A stretch of DNA of 63,651 bases, the filler included, from Lentisphaeria bacterium (GTDB taxonomy: Bacteria; Verrucomicrobiota; Lentisphaeria; JABSQK01; JAWLHB01), in the NCBI GenBank assembly GCA_041690595.1. It is 7 parts of 7 records of this genome, joined end to end, with 100 filler letters (N's around TTAATTAATTAA, not from the genome) between each part and the next. Parts side by side here need not be neighbours in the genome. Positions count along the whole stretch, not along the records: positions 1 to 12,992 come from JAWLHB010000080.1; positions 13,093 to 23,477 come from JAWLHB010000081.1; 5 more parts are not named here. The stretch is one strand, 5' to 3'. The notes beneath the pieces are model-generated. The model was not told the origin of the DNA. It did no database searches and was given only the letters and a program-made list of their open reading frames with translations. Each line of letters begins with the position of its first letter. Within the stretch, counting starts at the first letter, position 1. The position numbers and the translations under genes were made by a program. Positions 10,534 through 20,748 of the stretch are shown piece after piece.

Positions 10534-11658
10534 ATGGCCACCTCCAGTCCCAACACGCAGACTCTCAGCTTTCACCTGGACGACCTCATCAGCGAGAACA
10601 GCGCGATGAAGCGATGCCTTGCCCTCGCCCGCGAAGGTGCCAAGAGCGACCTGCCCATTCTCCTCCAGGGGGAAACCGGTACCGGCAAAACACTCCTGGC
10701 CCAGGCCATTCACAACAGCTCACCACGCAGCGGCAACGCCTTCCTCTCCTTCAACGCCTCCGCCATGAGCGACACCTTGCTCGAAAGCCAGCTCTTCGGC
10801 CACGAAAAAGGAGCCTTCACCGGCGCCACCGCCCGCATGCGCGGCAAATTCGAAGCCGCCCACGACGGCACCCTATTCTTCGACGAAATTGCCGATATGA
10901 GCCCCCTCGCCCAGGCCAAGATCCTGCGCGCCGTCGAGTACGGGGAGTACGAACGACTCGGCTCCGAGGTCATGCACTACGCCAATGTGCGCATCATCTC
11001 CGCCACCAATCGCAATGTCCGCACCCTCTCCCGCCAGGGCCACTTCCGCGAGGACCTCTACCACCGCCTCAACGGACTCACCCTGACCATACCGTCGCTT
11101 CGCGAACGGCGGGAGGATCTTCCCGCACTGATCGCCACCGAACTGCAGCTCTGCGCCGGTCATGCCGGCAAGAACATCGTCGCCATCGATCCGGATGCCT
11201 TCACCAAGCTGCTCACCTACTCATGGCCGGGAAATCTCCGCGAGCTGCACCGCGTCATCCAGGCGATCGTCCTCTTCTCCGAGAGCGATACCATCACCTC
11301 CGAAGACGTTGTCCTCGACGAAGAAGTCGATACCTGGGATGCGCCGGCGCCCTACCCCCAATCCCATCCGCGGCAGCCCTACTATCCCTCGGCCCAGGGA
11401 GGCCACTCCATGGCGGCGCCTCCCGGCTACCAGGCACCCAACCAGCCCATGACACACCTGCCGCAGCCCCCGCCCCCGGAAGCAGGCGGATCCACCTCCG
11501 ATCTCTCCCTGGAGACGGCCCTCCTCAAACACGTGCAGTTCGTCTACCAGATCAGCGGCCTCAACAAGCGTCGCACCGCCAAGCTCTTGGGCATCTCCCG
11601 CTCAACCCTCGACCGCAAACTCGAGGCCCTCGGTCAGGAAAGCAACGGCGGAGAGTAA
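10534..11658 (+). CDS. Sigma54-dependent transcriptional activator (AAA+ and Fis HTH, no sensor domain)
   Basis: GETGTGKT, ESQLFGHEKGAFTGA, FFDEI, WPGNLREL, LGISRSTLDRKL. Confidence 0.92.
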   Translation: MATSSPNTQTLSFHLDDLISENSAMKRCLALAREGAKSDLPILLQGETGTGKTLLAQAIHNSSPRSGNAFLSFNASAMSDTLLESQLFGHEKGAFTGATARMRGKFEAAHDGTLFFDEIADMSPLAQAKILRAVEYGEYERLGSEVMHYANVRIISATNRNVRTLSRQGHFREDLYHRLNGLTLTIPSLRERREDLPALIATELQLCAGHAGKNIVAIDPDAFTKLLTYSWPGNLRELHRVIQAIVLFSESDTITSEDVVLDEEVDTWDAPAPYPQSHPRQPYYPSAQGGHSMAAPPGYQAPNQPMTHLPQPPPPEAGGSTSDLSLETALLKHVQFVYQISGLNKRRTAKLLGISRSTLDRKLEALGQESNGGE

Positions 11659-11697
11659 CCACCTCCACGTGATGATGCCTCCGCGCACCATGCCACC

Positions 11698-12579
11698 TCA
11701 GCTCCAGTTCTCATCCGTGGATTGCTTTCCCAGATAAACGGCATGCTCACGGGCAGCCTTACGCAATCCCATCAGCAGCGACTTGTCGCTGTCATAGCGA
11801 TATTCCGGGCGATAAGCCAGGCAGCGCCGAATGAACATCTGCACGGGCGGCGTGGCCCGGTTCTCGTTGCCCGCGGCAAACTGCACCTCCTGGTTAGGAG
11901 CACGCATCAGCTCGTGCGCCGATTGCACGAAAGGCATATGCCCCGTGAAGAGGTAATACGTCATGACACCGAAAGCAAAAACATCCGTCCCGATCGAGAT
12001 CTCCTTGCTCGCCAGAAACTCCGGCGGCTCATACAGCACCGACCCGCCGAACCTCCGTGATACCTTCTTCACCGAAACCGGCTGGCTGAAATCAAAGTCC
12101 GTCAGCTTGGCACGGCATCCCTCGCCCACATACTCGATAAGCACATTTTCAGGCTTCACATCAAGGTGCAGAAAACCCTTGCGATGCATGTGCGCCAGCG
12201 CTTCGGCGATCTGCTCGAGAATGCCAAATGGCTGCTCACGCACGAGCCGATGCTTGTCCAGAATCAGGGTCTTCAGGCTCTCCCCCGGCACATATTCGAT
12301 AACCTCCGCCGGCTGAAGTCCACCCTGCTGAGCCCGATACTGCACGACATTCTGATGCCGCCCAAGCTTCCGACGTACCTTGATCCCATGCACGAAACGC
12401 CGTCTCAGCCCAAGACTGAAACGGTGCTCCGGCCGCAGTCGACGTAGAATAACCTGCTCTCCCGCAGAATCGAAAGCCAGATAGATCTCAGACAAACCAC
12501 CCTTGGCCCGCAACGAAATGATGTTGACCGCGGCCGAGCGGTTGATCATCACCGTTTTATCAAACGGATCCTCATCCAT
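11698..12579 (-). CDS. Ser/Thr protein kinase
   Basis: HLDVKPENV, LTDFD, YEPPE, DVFAFG; GGAGG RBS before ATG 12579. Confidence 0.85.
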   Translation of the reverse strand: MDEDPFDKTVMINRSAAVNIISLRAKGGLSEIYLAFDSAGEQVILRRLRPEHRFSLGLRRRFVHGIKVRRKLGRHQNVVQYRAQQGGLQPAEVIEYVPGESLKTLILDKHRLVREQPFGILEQIAEALAHMHRKGFLHLDVKPENVLIEYVGEGCRAKLTDFDFSQPVSVKKVSRRFGGSVLYEPPEFLASKEISIGTDVFAFGVMTYYLFTGHMPFVQSAHELMRAPNQEVQFAAGNENRATPPVQMFIRRCLAYRPEYRYDSDKSLLMGLRKAAREHAVYLGKQSTDENWS

Positions 12580-12892
12580 GTCGCCTCCCTTTCCCCGCTG
12601 CCTATATGTGAACTCGATAACAAGGAATAGTATATCCAGGCAATACAGCAGAAGCAAGCCAGATCCTGTCGTATTCATCACTTTCCTGCTGCTGAAGACT
12701 ACCACCAGCATCTTTGCAATCCATTCGCATTCGCCGACGCAATGCAATCATTGGCCGACACCTACGCCCCACCCGCCAACCCCGTCGGGCGCTCTGGCAT
12801 CTGGAAAAACTCCAGAAAAGGACACTTCTGCTTGGACCGGTCATCTCCGCTTCGCCGTCCAGACCGTCCATACCGCGAACTTTATCGTGGGC

Positions 12893-12932
12893 AAAAAAAA
12901 GAGCCCCTGCGCGTAGAGGTGCGCAGGGGCTC
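12893..12932 (-). terminator. Rho-independent terminator
   Basis: 12-bp stem GAGCCCCTGCGC/GCGCAGGGGCTC followed by T8 on the minus strand. Confidence 0.85.
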
Positions 12933-12992
12933 AGTAGAAAAAGGCTGGCAACGTGCTACTCTCCCGTCGTTAGACAGTACCATCGCCGCTGA

Positions 12993-13092
12993 NNNNNNNN
13001 NNNNNNNNNNNNNNNNNNNNNNNNNNNNNNNNNNNNTTAATTAATTAANNNNNNNNNNNNNNNNNNNNNNNNNNNNNNNNNNNNNNNNNNNN
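12993..13092. other. Artificial contig spacer
   Basis: N-run + TTAATTAATTAA + N-run, 100 bp. Confidence 0.99.
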
Positions 13093-13320
13093 TCAGTCAC
13101 TATTTCGCCAGAAATGAAACCGATTGAGCCTGTGGTCCGCACAAAAGGCTCAAAAATCGCCATTTCAGCCGTCACTTATGCTGAAGTTGGGTTAACCTCT
13201 GAACGGCTGCATGGCAGGGCCTCGGCATCCGTGCAAATCGCTATCGAGGTCCTGCTTGAAAGCTATGTGAACAAGAAGCCGGTGATGTTCTACACCAACG
13301 TGGAAGTCGCGGCGGAGTGA
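13093..13320 (+). CDS. 3' part of a hypothetical protein (truncated at contig edge)
   Basis: Open frame from the contig start to TGA 13320, converging on the next gene. Confidence 0.4.
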   Translation, partial: SVTISPEMKPIEPVVRTKGSKIAISAVTYAEVGLTSERLHGRASASVQIAIEVLLESYVNKKPVMFYTNVEVAAE

Positions 13321-13322
13321 CC

Positions 13323-16262
13323 TCAGAAGCGCTCCAGTTGCCGGTAGGGCAGGGGGGTGATGTCATGGCTGGCGAGCCAGTCGCGCCAGGCAAATGGATC
13401 ATCGCCGATATCGCTTCCGGCGATGGCCTGGAGTTCATCCCGGGCATGTGCTGAGAGTACCATGCGGACGTCGTCGAGATACGCCGCAAGCACGATGGCA
13501 CCGGCCTTTCCGCCGCAGCGGGCCAGGGTCCGGGCCACCGCCACCTCGAGGTAGGCGCTGGGATAGGCCCGATCCGCGTCTGCGCGATCGGTGTTGAGAT
13601 GACCGCGGATTCCAGGTCGGTTGAGCAGCCGCTCCAAGGCAGGCACGGCCGCGGGCGCGGCGAAGCGTTCGAGCGCCAGGCAGAGGCAGACGATGCGGTC
13701 GTAGTTGGGCACACGGCGCCAGTGCAGGCGGGGATTCTCGTTGGTCTCTCCACCCGCGTCGGTTTCACTGGCGATCTCGATGAGGAGGGGCAGGGCAGCA
13801 AGGTCGCCGGCAATGCCGAGGAGGACGATCAGCTGATTGACGCGCCAGTAGGTGCTTGGAGTACCCGTAAAGCCGCCGGTCGGACGCTGGTGGTGATCCC
13901 AGTCGCTGCTCTGCGGCTGGATACGGAGCTCGTTCAGCGCCGCGATCAGCAGGTGGCACCCGCGGGGATCGCCGAACCAGGCGAGGGCCATGGCGAGCAG
14001 GCGCCTCGCCTCGCCCTCCGCGCGGGCGTAATGCTGCTGAAGCCGCGGCAGCTGGCTGCCGTCGCCCAGCAGGACCTCGGGTAGCGCGCTTTCGTCGCCA
14101 ATCGACAAGCGGGCGATGGCGCCGGCCTCATCGTGCAGGCAGGCATCGTCTTCCGCCATGTCGTCGGCTTGGATGGTGCCGAGGGCGAGCAGCCGCTCCT
14201 GCAGCGCGCGTGTGTCGATCGACCGCGGCGGTCGCTTGCCGGCAATGCTGAGGGCGGCGGCGACACCGGTGGCGGCCCCCAGATTCTGCAGGTCGGGTTG
14301 CATGCGCAGGAAGGAGAAGCCATCCTGAGTGGCCGAGACCGCCTTGGCCGTGACCAGCATGCCCTCCACGTTCCGGGGAAGCGCAATGCGGTAGGGGACT
14401 CGCGCCGTGTAGTCGACGGTATGGTAGGGGAGGTAGCCGAGGCGGGCGAAAAGCGATCCCTGCAGCCCATGCTGATCGAAGTCGGTCTTGATGCGGCTGA
14501 TGGTATCCTTGCAGGTCTGCGGCAGGAAGACGTCCCGCAGGGAGAAGGTGGCGTCCCCATGCACGTGACGCGACTCGCGGACAACGGGCATTGGGGAAAA
14601 GTCGAAGGGGTCCGCGTGCCAATGGGCGCTGACGACGCCGCGGGTCGTATCGATGAAGTCGCGGTTGTCGATCACGCCCAGATCGTTGTTGTAGCCGTTG
14701 CGGTTGGGCTGCCAGACCCAGCGGCACTGGTTGAAGGTCTGGACATTGCCGCCGCGCGGATCCGCCATGGTGACGCTGGCACCCGCGCGAACCGCCAGGT
14801 CGCCATCGCCGGTGGCATCGATGATGACCTCGGCGCGGACGGTGGCGAGGCCCTCGTCGGTGAGCACAAGAGCGCCGATGGCCTGGTTGCCGCGGCAGAT
14901 TGGGTGAAGAGCCTGGCAGTGAAACATGGCCTGGCCGCCATGTGCGCGCAGCATGGTGAGCAGGGCCAGCTCCTTGACGCTGATGTTCCAGCGGTTCGGA
15001 TCGGGCGGATTGCCGGGTGAGATGGCTGCGGAAAGCGCCTGAACCTGGCTGTCGATCCGGGCGGTCATGGCATCGCGACAACCGTGATAGTAGCAGTTGA
15101 TGCCGCCGGCACAGCCGGTGCCCCCGAGGGCCGCGCTGCTCTCCGTGACAATGACCCTGGCCCCTTCCATGGCGGCGGCAATGCCGGCCGGCGCCCCCGC
15201 CGTTCCCCCGCCGGCCACCAGCACCTCCGTCTCCGCCAGCAGCGGGAGCTGATCGGCGGCCGGCATGTCGAGTTGGAAGTAGTGCAGACGCAGATAGTTG
15301 CGGGAGCTTGCGGCCCGCGGGTTGAGGCCTTCCCATGGGATGCGGCAGGAGCCAAAGCCGATTTGCCGCGGAGCGATTGTGTCGACCGGCGAAGCGGCAC
15401 TGGCGCTGGCTCCCACCTCGCGGGCCGTTTCGGCGACCGCATCCAGATCGAATGGCCAACACGAAGGCGGAAAGGCCAGAATGCCGTCGGGAACGTTGCT
15501 GACCGCCGGGGGAGGCAGGCTCATGCGCAAGGCAAGTCGGCCCAGCATGGCGTGGGCAAAAGCAGGATGGCTGCCAATGAGCTGGCGGCCTGCCGCGATA
15601 ACGCGTTCGCGCGCCTCCAGTTCCGCCTGATTGCGTGCCGCGTATCCGTCCCGCGAGAGGTCGACGGCCAAACGATGGCGCACGGCAACCAGTCCCTCGG
15701 TGCCGGGTATGGCATGGAACTCGACCGCATCGTTGCCGGGAACTGGCTCCATCGGCAGGAGAACGCCGGCATATTCAGCGGCGAACGATGCCTCCGTACG
15801 ACCTCTGGCAGCCACCGATCCGCCGGCCATGAGCAGAACCGACTGCTGCTCGGTTGCATCGATAACGGCACGGCCGAGAATACCCTGCAAGCCGCTCTTG
15901 TTGCCGATGACGACCCCGACCGTCCGCGCATCCTGCTGGATAACCCCGGCTATCCGCGAGGCAAAAAGCACGCTTACCCCCGCCTCGTGGAGCATGGCGA
16001 GGAGATTCTTCTTGAGGGAGCCGAGGCAGAATGCCTGCTCGCCGTCGGTCAGCCTGCTCAACTCTCCGAAAAGAGCCGCCAGCGGTGACGGCGAATCCGT
16101 CTCGGGCATCCACGGTGAGAGGGTGGCGGTGATCTCCGCGCCCAGAAAGGTCTCGGGCGATATCAGCAGAACCCGACGTCGCCGTCCAGCCGCTTCACAT
16201 GCTGCCAGGCAAGCGCCCAACCCTCCGCCGGCGATGATGACGTCATAAATCTCCGTACTCAT
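13323..16262 (-). CDS. FAD-dependent oxidoreductase with two tandem FAD-binding modules and HEAT-like C-terminus
   Basis: IAGGGLGA and VAGGGTAG Rossmann motifs; IDATE and IDATGDGD; VPYRIALP; R-M-Q-P. Confidence 0.85.
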   Translation of the reverse strand: MSTEIYDVIIAGGGLGACLAACEAAGRRRRVLLISPETFLGAEITATLSPWMPETDSPSPLAALFGELSRLTDGEQAFCLGSLKKNLLAMLHEAGVSVLFASRIAGVIQQDARTVGVVIGNKSGLQGILGRAVIDATEQQSVLLMAGGSVAARGRTEASFAAEYAGVLLPMEPVPGNDAVEFHAIPGTEGLVAVRHRLAVDLSRDGYAARNQAELEARERVIAAGRQLIGSHPAFAHAMLGRLALRMSLPPPAVSNVPDGILAFPPSCWPFDLDAVAETAREVGASASAASPVDTIAPRQIGFGSCRIPWEGLNPRAASSRNYLRLHYFQLDMPAADQLPLLAETEVLVAGGGTAGAPAGIAAAMEGARVIVTESSAALGGTGCAGGINCYYHGCRDAMTARIDSQVQALSAAISPGNPPDPNRWNISVKELALLTMLRAHGGQAMFHCQALHPICRGNQAIGALVLTDEGLATVRAEVIIDATGDGDLAVRAGASVTMADPRGGNVQTFNQCRWVWQPNRNGYNNDLGVIDNRDFIDTTRGVVSAHWHADPFDFSPMPVVRESRHVHGDATFSLRDVFLPQTCKDTISRIKTDFDQHGLQGSLFARLGYLPYHTVDYTARVPYRIALPRNVEGMLVTAKAVSATQDGFSFLRMQPDLQNLGAATGVAAALSIAGKRPPRSIDTRALQERLLALGTIQADDMAEDDACLHDEAGAIARLSIGDESALPEVLLGDGSQLPRLQQHYARAEGEARRLLAMALAWFGDPRGCHLLIAALNELRIQPQSSDWDHHQRPTGGFTGTPSTYWRVNQLIVLLGIAGDLAALPLLIEIASETDAGGETNENPRLHWRRVPNYDRIVCLCLALERFAAPAAVPALERLLNRPGIRGHLNTDRADADRAYPSAYLEVAVARTLARCGGKAGAIVLAAYLDDVRMVLSAHARDELQAIAGSDIGDDPFAWRDWLASHDITPLPYRQLERF

Positions 16263-17608
16263 GCTCTGCTCCCTTCGCTGGCCGGTTCCTTGCCGCGCGA
16301 GATCTCATAGCGGCGACGATAGTCCGCAATCATCTGGACATGATCCTGCACAGGCAGCGTGCCGAATGAGGTCGGGTCCTTCTGCTCGGCCAACCAGTCG
16401 TGCAGGCGCGCCTGCATGTCGGCGAGAATCCCCGCATAGGCGGGTTCGGCGTGCACGTCCGTAAGCTCCAGCGGATCGAGTTGGAGGTCATAGAGTTCGT
16501 AGGCAGGCGATTTCCGGCCGGTGCTGTCGAGCGGCACCAGGTTGTGGATGAGCTTGTGGCGTTCGGTGCGGGCGGAGAAATTCAGGCCGTCCACCCAGTT
16601 GCCGAAGGTGGTCTGCCGCGGAGATGGCTGGTCGGCGACGTCCGCGCGGCAGGCTGCCGCAAAGCTGATCCCCTGCAGGTCATCCGGCGCCGCAAGCCCG
16701 AGAAGCTCATACAGGGTAGGCAGAAAGTCGACGTTGCTCAGCAGCCAGGGGCAGCGCCGTCCGCCGCCGATGCCGCCGCTCGGCCAGCGCATGATGAAGG
16801 CGATGCCCAGGCCACGATCGTACATGGTCCATTTGGCCCCGGGCAGTTCTGGACCATGATCGGTGTTGAAAAGGACGAGCGTGTCGTCGGCAAGCCCCGC
16901 CCGGTCGAGCGCATCCAGAATGATGCCGACCCCCTGATCCGCCTGCTTGATGGCCCCCTGCAATTCGGCGAGATGCTGCCTGGCAAAAGCCGGATCGCTG
17001 CCGAAGCGATTGAGGAGCTTCGCCCAGCCTGGCCAGTCATGGGTCTTTGCGTACGGCGGCATCCAGACTCCAGCCGCATCGTCCGGCTGGCAGTCGCCGA
17101 AGCTGTAGGGCGTGTGAGTCTCGAAGAAGCCCACCTGGGCATAGAAGGGCTGGTCGCCGTCGTACTCCCGCAGAAAGCCAGCCACGTCGCGGGCGACGAC
17201 GGGGGCGGGGCGCTGGTGCGGGGCGCGGTTCGGCCCGCCGTGGGCACTCGTATCGTCAAACCCCAAGCTCTCGATCGATTCCGTTTCGTGCTGCAGGCCG
17301 AACATGCGGGTGTGGAAGCCCTGACGACGCAGCCGGTGCGAGAGATGGGTGGCGCTGTCGTGCAATTCCCAGTTCCAGGAGCCGCCCGCCAGGCCAACCA
17401 GACCATTGGTCAGCGGATATTGCCCCGTCAGCAAGCCCCCCCGCGAGGGGCTGCAGATCGCCGATACCGCGTTCATCTGCTCGAAAAGAACCCCCTCCGC
17501 GGCAAGCCGGTCGATGGCCGGTGACGTGACGGTGGGTAGCCCATAGCAGCCGAAGTGGCGACCCGAATCGTGCGTGGTGATGACGATGATATTTGGCAGC
17601 TTGGACAT
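16259..17608 (-). CDS. Sulfatase (formylglycine type)
   Basis: PNIIVITTHD, CSPSR, TDHG, ELYDLQLDPLE. Confidence 0.92.
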   Translation of the reverse strand: MSKLPNIIVITTHDSGRHFGCYGLPTVTSPAIDRLAAEGVLFEQMNAVSAICSPSRGGLLTGQYPLTNGLVGLAGGSWNWELHDSATHLSHRLRRQGFHTRMFGLQHETESIESLGFDDTSAHGGPNRAPHQRPAPVVARDVAGFLREYDGDQPFYAQVGFFETHTPYSFGDCQPDDAAGVWMPPYAKTHDWPGWAKLLNRFGSDPAFARQHLAELQGAIKQADQGVGIILDALDRAGLADDTLVLFNTDHGPELPGAKWTMYDRGLGIAFIMRWPSGGIGGGRRCPWLLSNVDFLPTLYELLGLAAPDDLQGISFAAACRADVADQPSPRQTTFGNWVDGLNFSARTERHKLIHNLVPLDSTGRKSPAYELYDLQLDPLELTDVHAEPAYAGILADMQARLHDWLAEQKDPTSFGTLPVQDHVQMIADYRRRYEISRGKEPASEGSRA

Positions 17609-17827
17609 GGTGCGTCAGTCTCGATGCTGAAGGGTTGAACAGATGATGACCGTTCCACCATAGTGGGTCAGGCAGCCTCCGTCAACCGCCGGAGCAGCTG
17701 CTGAAGGCGCGGCTATTTTCGCCGGTCGGATTGAAAGGAAAGCTTTGACCGGTATTCTAGCTCCGTCGTGCACGCAATGGATGCAGGAAGGCTGGAATCG
17801 CGATCGTGGAGGAAGGACGTTCGACGC

Positions 17828-18805
17828 ATGAAGAATCAAGTATTTGTGACCGGTGCCGGTGGATTCATTGGCAGCCACCTGGTGGATCTGCTGCTTGCCC
17901 GTGACCATCACGTCAAGGCCCTCGTGCGCTATACCTCTTCCGCCGGATGGGGCCATCTGGAGCGCTATCGCGAGAATCCTCCCAGCAACCTGCGGGTCGT
18001 CCTCGGCGATGTTACCGACGAGGGTTTCATCGACGAGCAGGTGCGCGACTGTCGCGCGGTGCTCCACCTTGCCGCCCTCATCGGCATCCCCTATTCCTAT
18101 ACCGCTCCGGGCGCCTATGTCGCCACCAACATCGGTGGCACGCTCAACCTTCTCCAGGCTGCCAGGCGCCATGGCCTGACCCGCTTCGTCCATACCTCGA
18201 CCAGCGAAGTCTACGGCAGCGCCCTTTATACCCCCATTGACGAAGCGCATCCGTTGCAGGGGCAGTCCCCCTATTCTGCCACCAAGATCGGCGCCGACAA
18301 GCTGGTGGAGAGCTATTGCCTCTCCTTCGAGCTGCCGGCGATCACCATCCGTCCCTTCAATACCTTTGGTCCACGCCAGTCCACTCGCGCCGTGATCCCC
18401 ACGATCATCTCGCAGGCGCTCCAGGGAAACGAAATCAAGCTTGGCGCCCTCGACACCGTCCGCGACCTCACCTTCTGCACCGATACCGCGGCGGGCTTCC
18501 TGGCCGCCCTGGATGCTCCTGAAGCCGCCTTGGGCGCCACCATCAACCTCGGCACCGGCAAGGCCTCCACCGTCGGCGACGTCGCGCGCATGGTCATCGA
18601 GCTGCTCGGCGGGAATCACCGGATCGTCCTCGACCCCCAGCGCATCCGCCCCGCCCAGAGTGAGGTCCGCGAGCTGCTCAGCAACAACCAGTTGGCCGCC
18701 CGCCTCATCGGCTGGGAACCCCGGATCTCCCTTCGCGATGGACTTCAGCAGACGATCGATTACCTTCGCCAGCATCCGCCCCGCACTCTCGCCTATACGG
18801 TTTAG
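17828..18805 (+). CDS. legB: NDP-GlcNAc 4,6-dehydratase, LegB-like
   Basis: GAGGFIG, HLAALIGIPYSY, TSTSEVYG, YSATK, RPFNTFGPRQS. Confidence 0.8.
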   Translation: MKNQVFVTGAGGFIGSHLVDLLLARDHHVKALVRYTSSAGWGHLERYRENPPSNLRVVLGDVTDEGFIDEQVRDCRAVLHLAALIGIPYSYTAPGAYVATNIGGTLNLLQAARRHGLTRFVHTSTSEVYGSALYTPIDEAHPLQGQSPYSATKIGADKLVESYCLSFELPAITIRPFNTFGPRQSTRAVIPTIISQALQGNEIKLGALDTVRDLTFCTDTAAGFLAALDAPEAALGATINLGTGKASTVGDVARMVIELLGGNHRIVLDPQRIRPAQSEVRELLSNNQLAARLIGWEPRISLRDGLQQTIDYLRQHPPRTLAYTV

Positions 18806-18887
18806 CCCAGGGTCGGCACTGGCCGGATCTCCTGACCTCCCGCACCAGATGACTTGAACAGGTATCCTTATTTCGACTCCCACCACC

Positions 18888-20705
18888 ATGGCCGAAGAGC
18901 AACTCCCACCGCCGACGCGGCAGCGCCTGATCACCGCCACCACCATCTGGCTGGCACTCTGCCTCTTCCTCGCTCCCGTCAAGCTGGGCGTCACCGTCAA
19001 TGTCTCCAATGTCGGTTTCTTTCCGCTCGATGTATTAGGCTGGTTATTCGAGATCTGGCCACCGATGATCGCGCCGGTGATCGCCGGGGTCGGCCTGATC
19101 CTCGCGGTTCTGGCGCACCCGCCGTCGGGCCACCTGCTGCGCCGCAACCTGCACCTTTGGCTCCCGTCGGCACTATTGGTACTCGTCTGTCTAATCGGCT
19201 TCATTCGCACCACCGAGTGGGAGATTGCCGTTACCTACGTGTGGATGCTCCTGGCCCTGCCCCTCTTCACCATCGCCCTCATCCTTCATCTGTCGCACCG
19301 TCCCGTTGACCGTTACTGGCTCTTCGCCGGCCTTGTCGCCGGCCTTGTCATTGTCGGTATCTATGGCTGGTTCCAACATCTCTACAGTTTCGAGGAGACC
19401 CTCCGGCAACTTCAGGATCAGCAGGCGAAGGGGTTGGTGGTCAACGAAGGCATCATCGCCCGTCTTCGCGAAGGGCGCATCATGTCTACCTTCACCTATC
19501 CCAACAACCTCGCCGCCCACCTGCTGCTGGTCACCCCCCTCGCCCTCTACCTCACCTGGCGCTGGGCCGCTCGCGTCGATCCGCCACGGCCCAGTCAGTG
19601 GACCCTCACCCTCATCCTCGCGACACTCTTCCTGGGTGCCTTCTTCCTGAGCGGGAGCCGCGCCGCCATTGTCGCGCTCATCCTCGGCTTTCTCGCCACC
19701 CTCCTCCTGCTCGGCGTTCAGCGCCGCCAGTGGCTGCGCCACCATCTCGGCATCGTGATCGGCGTCGGCATGCTGCTTGCCATCGGTGCCATCGGCGGCT
19801 ACCTCGTTATCGATGGTGGGCGCGGCCTTGGCTCCTTCCAGGCGCGCCTCGACTACTGGCGCTCCGCCTGGCTCATGTTTCTCGACCAACCCCTGACCGG
19901 CGTCGGCCTCGGTGAATTCTACACCTGGCACCTGCGTCTCAAGCCCGCAAATGCCGAGGTGACCCGCGTCGCCCACAATGCCCTGCTCAGCTTCCTCTCC
20001 CAGACCGGCATTGCCGGCGGACTTGCTCTCCTCTACTTCCTGATCGCCCCACTTCTTGCCTGGTGGCGCATCTGGCGCGACGGCAACCAGCGGCATATCG
20101 ACTGGCTCTGGCTTGCCGCCTTCGCCGGCTGGGCCTCCTGGTCTGCCCATTCCTTCGCCGACTTCAACTTCCAGATTCCGGGCACCCTGCTCACCGCCGT
20201 CGCCTTGCCCATTCTCTGCCTCGATCTGGGAACCGCCCCCGCGATCGCGCGCCCCAGCCGTATTCTGCGTCCGATGCTCATCCTCATTGCCCTGTTCGGC
20301 ATCGCCAACCTCTGGCAGGCCCGCGGCGAGTACCTCTATCAGCGCTTCTACTATCGCATCCAGGATACCACCCGGCCGCCCCTCACCGTTCATGCCACCC
20401 GCCAACAGGTCGAAACCATTGCCCGCTGGAAGCCCTTTTCTCCCTATCCATGGGAGAGTCTTGGACTCATCGCCATGCGCCAGGAGCAGTATGCCGTCGC
20501 TGCCGAAGCCTTTGCCGAAGCCGTCGCGCGCGCCCCCCACCGCCCCGCCTTCCATGCCCGCCTTGCCGAAGCCCATCTCGCCATGGGCGATCTTCAGGCT
20601 GCCCGACAGCACATCCGCAACGCCCTTCTCTGGTATCCCCTCGATCCCAAGTACCAACAGCTCGACGCCATCATTCAGGACGCCGACCGTCTGTCCGCGC
20701 CGTGA
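18888..20705 (+). CDS. O-antigen ligase / O-oligosaccharyltransferase family protein with C-terminal TPR
   Basis: Many TM helices; STFTYPNNLA, SGSRAA, ARLDYW, PLTGVG, AHNALL; TPR-like tail. Confidence 0.8.
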   Translation: MAEEQLPPPTRQRLITATTIWLALCLFLAPVKLGVTVNVSNVGFFPLDVLGWLFEIWPPMIAPVIAGVGLILAVLAHPPSGHLLRRNLHLWLPSALLVLVCLIGFIRTTEWEIAVTYVWMLLALPLFTIALILHLSHRPVDRYWLFAGLVAGLVIVGIYGWFQHLYSFEETLRQLQDQQAKGLVVNEGIIARLREGRIMSTFTYPNNLAAHLLLVTPLALYLTWRWAARVDPPRPSQWTLTLILATLFLGAFFLSGSRAAIVALILGFLATLLLLGVQRRQWLRHHLGIVIGVGMLLAIGAIGGYLVIDGGRGLGSFQARLDYWRSAWLMFLDQPLTGVGLGEFYTWHLRLKPANAEVTRVAHNALLSFLSQTGIAGGLALLYFLIAPLLAWWRIWRDGNQRHIDWLWLAAFAGWASWSAHSFADFNFQIPGTLLTAVALPILCLDLGTAPAIARPSRILRPMLILIALFGIANLWQARGEYLYQRFYYRIQDTTRPPLTVHATRQQVETIARWKPFSPYPWESLGLIAMRQEQYAVAAEAFAEAVARAPHRPAFHARLAEAHLAMGDLQAARQHIRNALLWYPLDPKYQQLDAIIQDADRLSAP

Positions 20706-20748
20706 TGACTCCTTCTCCGGCAATCTATTACACCAGGACTTCAGCCCC

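Noticed and set aside
13037..13048. TTAATTAATTAA as a biological motif (also in the other five spacers)
   Set aside because: All-frame stop linker flanked by Ns; ORFs ending in X runs or LIN are artefacts
20056..20748. N-terminal extension of the SDR
   Set aside because: Overlaps the ligase gene in another frame; low-complexity translation
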